Source: an uncultured Actinomycetes bacterium
Lineage (GTDB): Bacteria > Actinomycetota > Thermoleophilia > UBA2241
NCBI GenBank assembly: GCA_963755025.1
Contig: CAVWIH010000030.1
Span: 1 to 64,000, forward strand
DNA: 64,000 nt
Reading direction: 5' to 3'
Both the position numbers and the translations under genes were made by a program. Shown here piece after piece: positions 42,640 to 54,463 of the stretch. The notes under the pieces were generated by a model. The model saw nothing but the letters and a program-made list of their open reading frames with translations, made no database searches and was not told the DNA's origin. How positions within the stretch are numbered: the first letter of the stretch is position 1; every line of letters begins with the position of its first letter.

Positions 42640-44155
42640 TCAGGCGCGCAGCAGCTCCGCGAAGCGGCCCTCTTGCACGGCGCTCGCCACGGCTTCGATC
42701 TCGGGCGCCAGGTAGCGGTCTTCGACCAGGTGCGAGGCGAGGCCGCGCACCACGGCGTGGCCCGCCGGCGGTGCCCACACCCGGCTTGAGCGGCGCCAGC
42801 AGGTCGATCGCCTGCGCCGCGCAGAGCGCCTCGATGGCGAGCACCGAGTAGACGTTACGGGTCACCTGGAGCAGCTTGAAGGCGGCCGTCATGCCCATGC
42901 TCACGTGGTCTTCCTGGTCGCCCGACGAGGGGATCGAGTCGACGCTCGCCGGGTGGCACAGCACCTTGTTCTCTGAGACCAGGGCGGCGGCCGTGTACTG
43001 GGCGATCATGTAGCCGTTGTTGAGGCCGCTGTCGGCGGTCAGGAACGGCGGCAGCTCGGAGAGCGACGCGGTGAGCATGCGAAACGTGCGACGCTCGCTG
43101 ATGTTGCCGATCTCGGAGAGGCTCATGGCCGCCAGGTCGAGCGCCAGGGCGAGCGGCTCGCCGTGGAAGTTGCCGGCCGAGATCACCTCGCCCGAGTCGG
43201 GGAAGATGAGCGGGTTGTCGGTGACCGACTCGATCTCGACCTCGGCCACCTCGCGCAGCCAGCGCAGCGCGTCGCGGCAGGCGCCGTGGACCTGGGGGAT
43301 GCAGCGGATCGAGTAGGCGTCCTGCACCTTGTCGCAGTTCAGGTGGCTGAGGATGATCTCGCTGCCCGTGCAGACCGCGCGCACGTGCTGCGCGGTGAGC
43401 AGCTGCCCCGGGATGGGCCGCAGGTGCTGGATGCGCTCCTCGAAGGGCCCCACCGAGCCGCGCAGGCCCTCGAGGCTCATGGCGCCGATGACGTCGGCCG
43501 AATCGAGCAGCGCCTCGCCGTCGGTCACGGCGAGGCAGGCGATGGCCGCCATGAACTGCGTGCCGTTGAGCAGCGAGAGGCCCTCTTTGGCCTCGAGCGT
43601 GATCGGCGCGATGCCCGCCGCGGCAAGCACGGGGCCGGCCGGCACGCGCTCGCCCTCGGCGCTCAGGAACTCGCCCTCGCCCAGCATGGCGAGCACGAGG
43701 TGGGCCGAGGGGGCGAGGTCGCCCGACGCGCCCAGCGAGCCGCGCGACGGTACCCAGGGCACGAGGTCGGCGTTGAGCAGCTCGCAGAGAGTCTCGAGCA
43801 CCTCGGTGCGCACGCCCGAGTAGCCCTTGGCGATCGTGCTGGTGCGCAGCAGCATGGCCGCCCGCACGACGTCGCGCGGCAGCGGCTGGCCGACGCCCAC
43901 CGCGTGGCTGCGGATGAGGTTGAGCTGCAGCTTGCGTACCTGGTCGAGGGGTATGCGCGTGGTGGCCAGCAGGCCGAAGCCGGTGGTGACGCCGTAGACC
44001 ACGCGGTCCTCGGCGAGGATGCGCTCGACGACGGCGCGGGCGGCGGCAAGGCGCTCGCGCGCCGCGGGGCCCAGGCTGACGGTGCGGCCGCGGCGGGCGA
44101 CGTCGGTGATGTCGGCGATGGTCAGAGGCCGTTCGCCGATGATGAGCTGATCCAT
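42640..44155 (-). CDS. hutH: Histidine ammonia-lyase (frameshift near 42765)
   Basis: YGVTTGFG, MIO motif GASGDL, KEGLSLLNG, QDAYSIRC, GNFHG and QEDHVSM. The true C-terminus (EDRYLAPEIE) is in a shifted frame. Confidence 0.92.
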
Positions 44156-44221
44156 GATGGCGGTTCCTTAGGTTGCGGCCTATCGGCGGCGGCTCGGCCG
44201 CGGCCGTGTCGTCACGCGCGT

Positions 44222-45982
44222 CTAGCGCGGCGCGATGCGCACGGTCAAGGGTATCACCACGGCGGTCGCCGGCGGCCCGACCACGACCTCGCAGCTCCAG
44301 TCCCCGACGATCGAGAGCTGCAGGCTACGGCCCCGCCAGACGCCGTCGGCGCCGCGCCGCAAGGCCAGGTTGGCGCCCACACCTATGTGGCTCGGCAGGG
44401 TGAAGTCGAGCGCCACGGCGCGCGCCGGCGCCGGCGTGGTGGTGCCGAAGCGGTCGACGCGCACGGCGAAGGCGTTGGCGCCGGCGCGCGCCGGCGCGAC
44501 CGTGAGGCGCACGGTCAGCGTCTGAGCATGGTCGCTCGCCACGACCGCGACGCTCGCCGGCCTGCCGCCGGCCGCGGCGGCCGACAGCGAGCCCGGCGCG
44601 AGGCCGCTCAGCACCGCCGTCGCCGCCAGCACCGCGGCGGCCACCACGAGCTCGACGCGCGCCGTACGCCCGAAGGCGCGAGCCGCCCCGGACTCGCGGG
44701 CATCGGACTCGCGGACTGCGGACTCGCCGGCTTCGGCTGCGCCGGCCGGCGCGGGCTCGCGGGCCGCCCGGGACTCGCCGGCCGGCGTAGCCTCGCCGGC
44801 CGGCGCAGCCTCGCCGGCCAGCGCGGGCACCACCCGGTAGCGGTTGAACGCGCCGAGGCCCACCAGCACGGCGACCAGGGCGAGCTTGACCAGCAGGGCG
44901 ACGCCGAAGCTCGTGTGCACGAGGTCGCCGGGCGTGCCGAGCTCGGCCGCCGCCCGCGCCACGCCGCTCGCCAGCACTATGACGAGCGCCACGCCGGCGA
45001 CGGTCGAGAAGCCGCGCACACGGCGAGCACGCTCGGCGGGCGACGTGCCCCGCAGCCCGAGCAGCAGCCAGGCCAGGCCGCCGATCCACACGCCGACGGC
45101 GGTGACGTGCACCCATTGCACCGCCAGGTCGAGCAGCCGGAAGGGCGAGCGCCCGTCGGCGTGTCCCCCGTGCACGTGCACGAGCAGGGCGGCGGCCGCG
45201 CAGAGGCCGACCGCGGCGATCGTCGCGCGGCCCGGCCGCCACACGAAGGCCGCCACGGCCAGCGCCGCACACCGCGACGGCCATCGCACGCGCCACGAAC
45301 GGCTGGCCGGCGGCCGCGCTCAGCAGCCCCGACAGCGACACGCCCACGACCGCGCGTTCGGCCAGCGTCATGACGGCCACGCCGGCAGCGCAGAGCACCC
45401 AGGCGGCCACGAGCAGCGCCCGGCCGTGGGCCGGCGTGGCGGCGCCCGCCACGAGGAACGAGACCGCGGCGGCCCCGACCAGCAGGAGGAGTCCCCAGTA
45501 CAGCAGCCAGCGCCCGGCTGCCTGCGCGGCTGAGAGTGAAGTCGGCGTGGAGGAGGCGCCGGCGGCGACGGCGCCGGGGGCGCGGCCGTGCCGACGGCAA
45601 AGACAAACGAAGAGCCGGCGACGTGGCCGTCGATGCTCGAGACGGTGCGCCAGCGCACGGTGTAGGCGCCGTCGGGCAGGGTGCGCGTGAGGGCGACGCG
45701 CAGTTCGGCCGGGTGGCCGGCGACGCTCTGCGCCGGCGAGGCGCCCGCGACGGCGGCGCCGGCCGCGTCGAGGAGCTCGACCGACGAAAGACGGGGGTCG
45801 GGTGGTTCGGTGAACGAGAGGACGAGCTGGCGCGGCGCCGTGGCAAGCGACGCGCCGGCGGCCGGCTGCGAGCCGGCGAGCAAGGCGTGGGCGCTCGCGG
45901 GCGGCGCCGCGGCGCCGAGGCCCGTGAGAGCCAGTGCGACGAGGGCCGCCACGACTCCGAGTCTGAGGAGCGAACGGCTCAC
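44222..45982 (-). CDS. CopC-CopD fusion copper resistance/uptake protein (frameshifts near 45575 and 45270)
   Basis: Signal-AHALL..SQP and WRTVSSIDGH (CopC). GH, WVHV...WIGGL and LLVKL (CopD). Confidence 0.85.
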
Positions 45983-46156
45983 GATGGCAGGCGCGGGCTC
46001 GCGCGCAGCGCCGGCCGCTGCTGCGATGGCCCGTGCCCGGCGTCTGGTGCGCTGCCGCCCGGGGCATGCAGCGGCCGGGGCAGGCGTGGGGCCGGCCGGC
46101 CGTTGGGAGACCGGCCGCGTGTCGCGCCCCCGCGTGCGAGGGTGCGACTCAGTCGC

Positions 46157-46465
46157 TTACCTTCTGCGGCCGCGGCCCCCGCCCTCGCGCAGGTCTCTAC
46201 CGACGGTCGCGTACGGCAACAGCGCCATCTCGCGGGCGCGCTTGACGGCGACGGCGACCTGACGCTGGTGACGACGGCAGGTGCCGGTCACGCGACGCGA
46301 CTTGATCTTGCCGCGCTCGCTGATGCAGCGACGCAGCGCGTCCAGGTCTTTGTAGTCGACGCCGACGACCTTGTCTTTGCAGAAATGGCAGTAACGACGT
46401 CTCGTGGGATCGAGCGGACGACCCCTCTTTCGGTCGGGACGTGGTTTGCCTTTGGAGCTCGGCAC
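46157..46465 (-). CDS. rpsR: 30S ribosomal protein S18 (Cys-containing form)
   Basis: [28 protein letters not shown] and [12 protein letters not shown]. Confidence 0.93.
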   Translation of the reverse strand: MPSSKGKPRPDRKRGRPLDPTRRRYCHFCKDKVVGVDYKDLDALRRCISERGKIKSRRVTGTCRRHQRQVAVAVKRAREMALLPYATVGRDLREGGGRGRRR

Positions 46466-46624
46466 GTTCGTTTCCCTTCAGCAGAGTTGGTGTGCAATAA
46501 AAAGCGCTGCCGCCGCGACCGTAGTCGGCGCCGCGGGCGGCGGGGTGACGACTTACGCCGTCAGCGGCGCCCGCCGCGCCGGCGGTGAGGCCGGCGCAGC
46601 GGGCGTCGCGTGGGTCTGCTTGGC

Positions 46625-46822
46625 TTAGACAGGCCTGACGTTGACGGCCTGCGGGCCCTTCTGACCTTCGGTGACCTCGAACTCGACGGCCTGATTCTCG
46701 TTCAGGGTGTCGACACCAGGGGCGAGCGAGTTGACGTGCACGAACACGTCTTTACCCTCAGCCTGCTCGATGAAGCCGTAGCCCTTCTGACCGTTGAACC
46801 ACTTTACTTTGCCTTGAGTCAA
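46625..46822 (-). CDS. cspA: Cold-shock domain protein
   Basis: GKVKWFN..KGYGFI, DVFVH and KGPQA. TTG start with AGGAG RBS. Confidence 0.95.
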   Translation of the reverse strand: MTQGKVKWFNGQKGYGFIEQAEGKDVFVHVNSLAPGVDTLNENQAVEFEVTEGQKGPQAVNVRPV

Positions 46823-47051
46823 CCTGTTCTCCTCATCTCATGAGCGTGTCCGCGGCACCTCTGTGGGGCCGCGGTGGGCGCTCCTCACTATCGCGCCGCT
46901 GGCGGCCTATGATACACGACCGCGGGCAGCGAGCTTCTAGACTACGCTGCTTGCGTCAAGAAAGACAATCCTTCGGGCGAAGAGTTCGCGGCTCGCGAGC
47001 CTGCGAGCGCCGGCGACGGCGCAAAACTTTGCGCAGGCACGGCCCGGCGGC

Positions 47052-47723
47052 TCAGCCGTGGGCGATGTTCACGGCGCGCGCGACCACTACGGCGAGGGTG
47101 GCGAACGCCAGCAGGTTCTCGGCGCCCATGACGAGCTTGGCCCTCATGGTATACGGCATCGTGTCGGTGGGCGAGAAGGCGATCGCCCCGGTGAGCGAGA
47201 CGTAGAGGTAATCGTAGAAGCTCGGCTTCCAGGTAGGCGGCGCGATGCCCTGCTGGTCGGCCTGCTGCTGCGGAAAGACGAGATCGGGGTAGCGGCCCCT
47301 GTAGCCGCCCGACCGGCACTCGGGTCCGCCGCCGTCGAGCTCCCAGTACAGCAAGGCGAAGACGGCGACGTTCACGAGCCATAAGACGACCCCCGCCGCC
47401 AGCAGTCCGGCCGGCCCGAGCCCGGAACCCACGAACACGCCGTGCACGAGCAGGGCGAGGCTCGCCGCATTGGCGGCTACCAGCACCGTGACGAAGGCAT
47501 ACGACAGCGCGCGGGCCGTGCGGCCCGGCTCGGAGCGACTCTCATAGACCGCGATCGAGGCGATCAGCAGGAAGGTGGCGACGCCCGGGAACACCCATAC
47601 GGGGCGCAGGGCAAGACTGTGGGACACCCAGGTCTGGCCCACGATGATGAGCAGCGCCACGGCGATGATCGGCCGGCGCGACTGCGTCGGCGTCACGCAC
47701 CTCCACTGCGGCTCTGCCGCCAT
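47052..47723 (-). CDS. DUF1345-like membrane protein (paralog 1)
   Basis: FALLYWELDGGGP, DLVFPQ and DYLYVS....AFSPTDTMP. Confidence 0.8.
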   Translation of the reverse strand: MAAEPQWRCVTPTQSRRPIIAVALLIIVGQTWVSHSLALRPVWVFPGVATFLLIASIAVYESRSEPGRTARALSYAFVTVLVAANAASLALLVHGVFVGSGLGPAGLLAAGVVLWLVNVAVFALLYWELDGGGPECRSGGYRGRYPDLVFPQQQADQQGIAPPTWKPSFYDYLYVSLTGAIAFSPTDTMPYTMRAKLVMGAENLLAFATLAVVVARAVNIAHG

Positions 47724-47881
47724 CGTCCCTCGCCCTCCCTCTGTCTTTGCGGTGCGCGGCGCCTGCCCGCCGTCGGATCAGCCGTTCGGGCCGGCGCCCG
47801 CCGGCCGACGCGGCCGCTGCTACCTTACCCTGCCACGGCCATCGTAGTTTGCAGCGGCCTCAGTGTGGTGACAAGACGGGC

Positions 47882-48694
47882 ATGGCGAGCGAACCGACAC
47901 CTGCCGCACCGGTCGCCGAACGCGTGCGGCGCGAGATGTCCGACGAGGCGCACGCGCTGATCGAAGCGGCGCGCGCCGACGGCATCACGCTGCGCCTTCT
48001 CGGGGGGCTCGGCGTGCGCGAGCACTGCCGCAGCGCCCAGCTCTGCGCGCGCGACTACAGCGACCTCGACATGGTGGCGCCGGCGAGCCAGGCGCGCCGC
48101 CTGCCCCGCCTCTTCGCGGGGTTCGGCTACCGCGAGAACACCGACGTGGCCACCTCGACCGGCGTCGGCCAGCTGCAGTTCGTGCGGCCCTGCCGTCACG
48201 GCGCCGAGGAACCGGGGGCGAGCCACGCCGACGACCACGTCGACGTCTTCCTCGACACCTTCCGCATGGACCACGCCATCGCCCTCAGGCGGCGCCTCGA
48301 GCTGGAGCCCGTCAGCCTCCCGCTGGCCGACCTGCTGCTCACCAAGCTGCAGATCTTCAGGCTGAACGACAAGGACATCCGCGACATCGTCACCCTGCTC
48401 GACGACGCCGAGGTGAGCGACGGCGACGAACCCGGCGCCATCGACGCGCGCTACATCGCGGGGCTGTGCGCCGACGACTGGGGACTGTTCTACGACGTCG
48501 TCAGGAACCTGCAGACGGTCGACGAGCGCGTCGGACGCCTCGGCCTCACCGACGCCGAGCTGGCGCGCGTGCGGCGCGGCCTGCTGCGCCTGATCGCCGC
48601 CATCGACACCGCGCCCCGCAGCCTGCGCTTTCGCCTGCGCGCCCGCGTCGGTACCCGCGCGCGCTGGCACAGCGAGCTCGACGACCAGGAGTGA
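47882..48694 (+). CDS. Hypothetical nucleotidyltransferase-fold protein
   Basis: LRLLGGLGV..H, SDLDM (hG[G/S]...DxD), VDVFLD and LLLTKLQ..NDKD..D. Confidence 0.55.
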   Translation: MASEPTPAAPVAERVRREMSDEAHALIEAARADGITLRLLGGLGVREHCRSAQLCARDYSDLDMVAPASQARRLPRLFAGFGYRENTDVATSTGVGQLQFVRPCRHGAEEPGASHADDHVDVFLDTFRMDHAIALRRRLELEPVSLPLADLLLTKLQIFRLNDKDIRDIVTLLDDAEVSDGDEPGAIDARYIAGLCADDWGLFYDVVRNLQTVDERVGRLGLTDAELARVRRGLLRLIAAIDTAPRSLRFRLRARVGTRARWHSELDDQE

Positions 48695-48730
48695 CCGCCG
48701 AGCGCGCGAGCGCGCCGACGGGGGCGACCC

Positions 48731-49330
48731 ATGAGCGAGGAGGACACCGTGAACGAGCAAGAGGTCTTCGTGGCGGCCGAGAGGGCGCTCGGCGGCGTCG
48801 TCGAGCAGATCGACAGCGACCAGTGGGGCCGCATCGTGCCCGACAGTTGGACGCGCAAGCCAGGCTCGACCCTGCGCGAGGTCATCAACTACCACGCCTA
48901 CGACGACGCCTGGGTACCCGACGTGCTGGCCGGCAAGACCATGGAGCAGGTGGGCCACAGTCACGACGGCGATCTGCTCGGCGACGACCCCAAGGCGAAG
49001 TTCGCGGCGATCGCCGCCACGGCGACCGCCGCGGTGCGCGCCTTCGACGATCTCGACAAGATCGTCCACCTCTCCTACGGCGACTATCCGGCGCGCGAGT
49101 ATCTCAGGCACATCACCTATTTCCGCGGCCTGCGCGCCTACGACCTGGCGCGCTTCATCGGCGCCGACTCGAGCCTTCCCGACGACCTCGTGCGCGGCTT
49201 GTGGAGCGAGATCGAACCGGTCGCCGAGGAGTGGCGTCAGCTCGGCGTGTTCGGGCCGGCCGTCCCGGTGCCCAGCGACGCCCCGCTGCAGGACCGCCTG
49301 CTCGGGCTGGTCGGCCGCCGCGCGGCCTGA
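48731..49330 (+). CDS. TIGR03086-like DinB/MDMPI-fold protein
   Basis: TLREVINYH, YDLARFIG and LQDRLLGLVGR. Confidence 0.65.
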   Translation: MSEEDTVNEQEVFVAAERALGGVVEQIDSDQWGRIVPDSWTRKPGSTLREVINYHAYDDAWVPDVLAGKTMEQVGHSHDGDLLGDDPKAKFAAIAATATAAVRAFDDLDKIVHLSYGDYPAREYLRHITYFRGLRAYDLARFIGADSSLPDDLVRGLWSEIEPVAEEWRQLGVFGPAVPVPSDAPLQDRLLGLVGRRAA

Positions 49331-49392
49331 CCCGACGTAGCCGCCGCGCGGTGACCCGCGCGCTGGGCCGCCGCGCGGTGATCGCGCGCTGG
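49314..49392. repeat. About 26-27 bp tandem repeat, 3 copies, starting in the gene end
   Basis: GCCGCCGCGCGG at 49314, 49340 and 49367. Confidence 0.7.
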
Positions 49393-49531
49393 CGTGCCGC
49401 GGCAAAGAAAGGCGTGCGCCGCCCGCGGGGCGTGAGCGCGTCCGGAGCCTGTCTTGAAGGGCGAGCCGCGGGGAATCATCTGGGCACGTCCGGCCGCCGG
49501 CCGGTACTCGCCGTTCGCTCAAGGAGCAGCC

Positions 49532-50452
49532 GTGGTAGCCATCAGTAGCGCGAGCATCGCAGAGCTCGTGGTCGTCGCCGTGGTCGTGATCGTGCTCGCC
49601 GTGCTGGCGCGCGGCAGCGTGCGGGTGGTGCGTCCCACGCACCGCGGTCTGGTCGAGCGCCTGGGCAAGTACAACCGCTACGCCGGCCCCGGGATCCACG
49701 GCGTGGTGCCGATCATCGAGCGCATGTACCAGGTCGACATTCGCGAGGTGCTGGTCGAGGCGCAGCCCCAGGAGATCATCACCAACGACAACCTGAACGC
49801 CAAGGTCGATGCGCAGGTCTACCTCAAGGTCAAGGCCGACGAGGAGAGCGTCAAGGCGTCGCTGTACAACGTCACCAACTATCAGAACCAGGTCGTCAAC
49901 CTGGCGCGCACCACGCTGCGTAACATCATCGGCACGCTCTCGCTCAAGTCGGCCAACTCCGAGCGCGGCAAGATCAACGAAGAGCTGCGCACGGCACTCA
50001 AGACCGAGACGGCCAACTGGGGCATCGAGATCCTGCGCACCGAGCTCAAAGAGATCGACCCCCCGCACGACGTGCAGGAGACCATGAACAAGGTCGTCAA
50101 GGCCGAGAACGAGAAGGTCGCGGCGATCGACTTCGCCACCGCGGTCGAGACGCAGGCCGACGGTGCCCGGCGCGCCGAGATCAAGAAGGCCGAGGGCATC
50201 CGCCAGGCCAAGATCCTCGCCGCCGAGGGCGAGGCCCAGGCCATCCAGCTGGTCAACGAGGCCGCCGACAAGTTCTTCGTGGGCAACGCCCAGATGCTGC
50301 GCAAGCTCGAAGCCGTCGAGCGCGCCCTCTACCAGAACGCCAAGGTCGTGGTGCCCAGCGACACCCAGCTCGTCAATGTGATCGGCGACCTGGGCGGCGT
50401 GAGCCCCGAGACGGCCGACCGTCCGCCGGCGAAGATCGCGGCGGTCAAGTAG
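49532..50452 (+). CDS. SPFH/band 7 (QmcA/stomatin-like) protein
   Basis: TM, VERLGKY, PQEIITNDN, TTLRNIIG, WGIEILRTEL and AEGEAQAI. Confidence 0.92.
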   Translation: MVAISSASIAELVVVAVVVIVLAVLARGSVRVVRPTHRGLVERLGKYNRYAGPGIHGVVPIIERMYQVDIREVLVEAQPQEIITNDNLNAKVDAQVYLKVKADEESVKASLYNVTNYQNQVVNLARTTLRNIIGTLSLKSANSERGKINEELRTALKTETANWGIEILRTELKEIDPPHDVQETMNKVVKAENEKVAAIDFATAVETQADGARRAEIKKAEGIRQAKILAAEGEAQAIQLVNEAADKFFVGNAQMLRKLEAVERALYQNAKVVVPSDTQLVNVIGDLGGVSPETADRPPAKIAAVK

Positions 50453-50464
50453 CGCCGCTGCGGC

Positions 50465-50932
50465 CTACCTGTCGGCGGTGGCGCCCTCGCGGCTCAGTTC
50501 GACGACCGGCTTGTAGCGACGCTCCACGAGAAAGCGCCGGACGCGCTGCTCGAGGTAGTCGCGGGTCTCGCGAAACAGGGCCAGACGCTCGTCGTCGGTC
50601 ACGTCGGCGAGCGCCGGGTCGTCGAGCGGCCAGTACTCGCGCGTGCCGACTCCGGGGAACATGGGACAGTCCTTCTCGTCGCGGTCGCACACGGTGATGA
50701 GGAACTCGAACTGCGCTTTGCCCATGTACTCCTGCACGCTCTTGGGCCGCTGCTCCGAGATGTCGACGCCGCGCTCGGCCATGACGGCGACCGCCAGAGG
50801 GTGCAGCTCGCGCGGCGTCGAGCCGGCGCTGAATGCCTCGAAGGCGTCGACGGCCAGGACGCGCAGAAAGCCTTCGGCCATCTGGCTGCGCACACTGTTG
50901 CCGCTGGAGAGAAAGAGGACTCTCTTGACCAC
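50465..50932 (-). CDS. ArsC/LMW-PTP-fold protein with Ser at the catalytic Cys position
   Basis: VLFLSSGNSVRSQMAE, SAGS, ITVCD..CP and WPLDDP. Confidence 0.8.
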   Translation of the reverse strand: MVKRVLFLSSGNSVRSQMAEGFLRVLAVDAFEAFSAGSTPRELHPLAVAVMAERGVDISEQRPKSVQEYMGKAQFEFLITVCDRDEKDCPMFPGVGTREYWPLDDPALADVTDDERLALFRETRDYLEQRVRRFLVERRYKPVVELSREGATADR

Positions 50933-51064
50933 GTCTGCCTCCCGACAGATTACCTGACGAAGGTGATATTACCCGCCGCCAAACCCGGCTATGACCGTCG
51001 GTCCGCCGACGCGGCCGACCGACTTCGCCGTCGCCGCTCAGGCGGGCGCGACTGCGTGGCGCGC

Positions 51065-52186
<1,122 letters not shown>

Positions 52187-52483
52187 TCTTGCTCCTCACG
52201 CGAAGCGCCGTGGCTCTGGAACGTGCGGCCGGGGGACCACACAGGCAAGCCACCGAGGCTTCGAGGTCATCACAGGAAACCGGGTCGACACCGGCCAGGC
52301 ATTGGTCGATCGGGCATTCGGCCAGCTCACGCCCATGCCCGGCGCACCTGACCACCTCGCCTATAGTACCCGCCTCGCAACGCCCGCGCCAATCGGGCCG
52401 CCCGCGGCGGCCCCTCGCGGCCCGACCCGCCGGGGCGCCTGCCGCGCGGCCGCCCGACCCTGGCGCGCCGCGACCGCCCGCCC

Positions 52484-53380
52484 CTAGTCGCCGCGCGCCT
52501 CGCTCCACACGAAGGTGCCCGCTTGCAGGTCGTTCAGCGCCTGCTGCAGCTCGGCGCGCGTGTTCATGACGAACGGACCGTACCGCGCGATGGGCTCGCC
52601 GAGCGGCGCGCCCGAGACCAGCAAGAAGCGCACGGCCTCGTCGTAGGCGCGCACGCGCACCTCGTCGCCGTCCTCGAACACGATCAGGCCGGGAGCGTGC
52701 ACGAGCGAACCGTCGAGCTCGCCGCGATAGCCCAGGTCGCAGGCCACACCGAACTCGCCCTCACCGCGAAAGACGTAGGCGAAGGCCGCATGGCCGCGCG
52801 GGATGGGCTGCACGAAGTCGGCCCCGGCGGCGAGCTCCACGTCTAAGTACTCGGGGTCGGCGTAGATCTCGGTGACCGGCCCCCGCACGTCGTCGCTGGC
52901 GCCGGCCACGACGCGCACGCGCGTGCCGTCGGGGCGTTGCACGACCGGGATCTCGGCGTCGGCCACCTCCTGGTAGCGCGGCCGCGACAGCTTCAGCTTC
53001 GCCGGCATGTTGACCCAGAGCTGAAAGCCGCCCATGCGGCCCTCGCGCGGCCGCGGCATCTCTTCGTGCATGATGCCGCCGCCGGCCGTCATCCACTGCA
53101 CGTCGCCGGGGCCGATCGTGCCGGCGTTGCCGATGGTGTCTTTGTGGTCGACCTCGCCGGCGAGCATGTAGGTCACCGTCTCGATGCCGCGGTGCGGGTG
53201 CAGGGGGAACCCGGCGAGGTAGTCGTCGGGGTCGTCGGACTCGAAGTGGTCGAGCAGCAGGAAGGGGTCGAGGTAGTCGAGCGACCAGCCGCCGATGCTG
53301 CGCTTGAGGCGCACCCCGGCGCCCTCGACGACGGGCTGCGGCTCGATCACCCGCGCGACGCGTCTGACCTGCGGCTCCAT
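52484..53380 (-). CDS. Pirin family protein
   Basis: DPFLLLD, HPHRGIETVTY, WMTAG.GI.HEE, FQLWVN and GPFVMNT. Confidence 0.95.
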   Translation of the reverse strand: MEPQVRRVARVIEPQPVVEGAGVRLKRSIGGWSLDYLDPFLLLDHFESDDPDDYLAGFPLHPHRGIETVTYMLAGEVDHKDTIGNAGTIGPGDVQWMTAGGGIMHEEMPRPREGRMGGFQLWVNMPAKLKLSRPRYQEVADAEIPVVQRPDGTRVRVVAGASDDVRGPVTEIYADPEYLDVELAAGADFVQPIPRGHAAFAYVFRGEGEFGVACDLGYRGELDGSLVHAPGLIVFEDGDEVRVRAYDEAVRFLLVSGAPLGEPIARYGPFVMNTRAELQQALNDLQAGTFVWSEARGD

Positions 53381-53464
53381 GGCTCCTCCTCGGTCGCAAA
53401 AGCCCCCAGTGGTGCCACAAGCTACCCGCCCTGCGGTACGGTCAACCCACAGCGGGCCGCGCGG

Positions 53465-54244
53465 TCAGCAGCGCGCGACGTAGTCGCGCAGCGCCGGCGC
53501 CGTCAAGCCGTCGTCTTCAAGCAGCGCGAACGCCGCCTCGAGCACGGCGCGCTGTCCGGCGAGGTCGCCGGGGGCGCCGAGCGCGTACCCGTGCCAGAAC
53601 GGCACCGACAACGATCGCGGCGGGCCCACCTCGGCCACCGCCCTGTGCAGCAGCTGCAGCGCCACCGTGGCCACTCCACGGCGTTCCAGCTCCAGAGCCG
53701 CCAGTCCCACGGACTGGCTGCAGAGCGGTCAGGTGGGCACGAGCAGCACCGCGTCGACCCGGTCGGCGATGAGCCGATCGGCTACCTGAGGCACCCGCCG
53801 GGCGAGGGCGCGGCCGGTCGCCGCCATGGCGCCGCCCAGGGCCAGATGGCGCCTGTTCAACTCGCCCAGCCGCCCGGCGGCGACCGCCTCACGCAGCCGG
53901 TCGAGCGCGAAGCCGAGGTTGCGGTCGACGTTGACGGCGCTCGCGGCGGCGGCGCTCGCGGCGGCGGCGCTCGCAGTGGCGGCGCTCGCAGCGGCGGCGC
54001 TCGTGCCGCTCTCGGCGCGGCCCTGCGTGCGCGCCGGCGGGGCGGCGCTCGAGAAGTCGGCGCCGACCTCGCGCACCTCGGGGTCGCCAAGCGGCACGCT
54101 GCGTCCGACACCGCGGCCGCGGGGCGCAAGGCAGACCGAGCTGACCACGAGCGCCAGCCGGCACTCGGCGAGCGGCCGCGGCAACGCCACGAGCGGCGTC
54201 GGCGCGGAAGGTCGTTCGCGCGCGCTGCGAAAGCGCTCGAACAT
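53465..54244 (-). CDS. GrdB/PrdB-like selenoprotein with UGA (53729-53731) read as Sec in a UxxC motif
   Basis: ORFs 53729..54265 and 53465..53710 are in frame and join as VDAVLLVPT-U-PLCSQSVGL...ERRGVATV...PPR...GYALG. Upstream motifs PL..CRLALV, GDP..RE and D.N..F.LDRLRE...GRLG. Confidence 0.85.
53700..53718 (-). promoter_or_regulatory. Bacterial SECIS hairpin
   Basis: GCCAGTCC-GTG-GGACTGGC, a perfect stem starting 11 nt after the UGA, with G/U in the apical loop. Confidence 0.75.
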
Positions 54245-54347
54245 GGTCAACGCATGCCCCGGCAAGCCATGCCCGGCAGCTTACCAAAGACGGGCGTCGC
54301 GCCGTGCTTGACTTCGGCGGGCGGGCGGACCACTCTTTATCACCCCC

Positions 54348-54375
54348 TCAAGTCCGGTGTTTCCCGCTCCGATAC
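54348..54375 (+). promoter_or_regulatory. Sigma28-like promoter TCAAG-N15-TCCGATAC
   Basis: About 90 nt upstream of the GAF-GAF-GGDEF start. Confidence 0.5.
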
Positions 54376-54463
54376 TTCTCGCAGGGGGTCGCCCCGGACG
54401 ACGGCAAGGCCGTCGGCCGCCGGGGCGCACGAGCGGCGCACACGTGCGCGAGGTGCTGATGAC

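Noticed and set aside
44168-44183. Second DtxR-like box upstream of hutH (TTAGGTTGCGGCCTAT)
   Set aside because: Only a half-site match with wrong spacing, and no supporting context.
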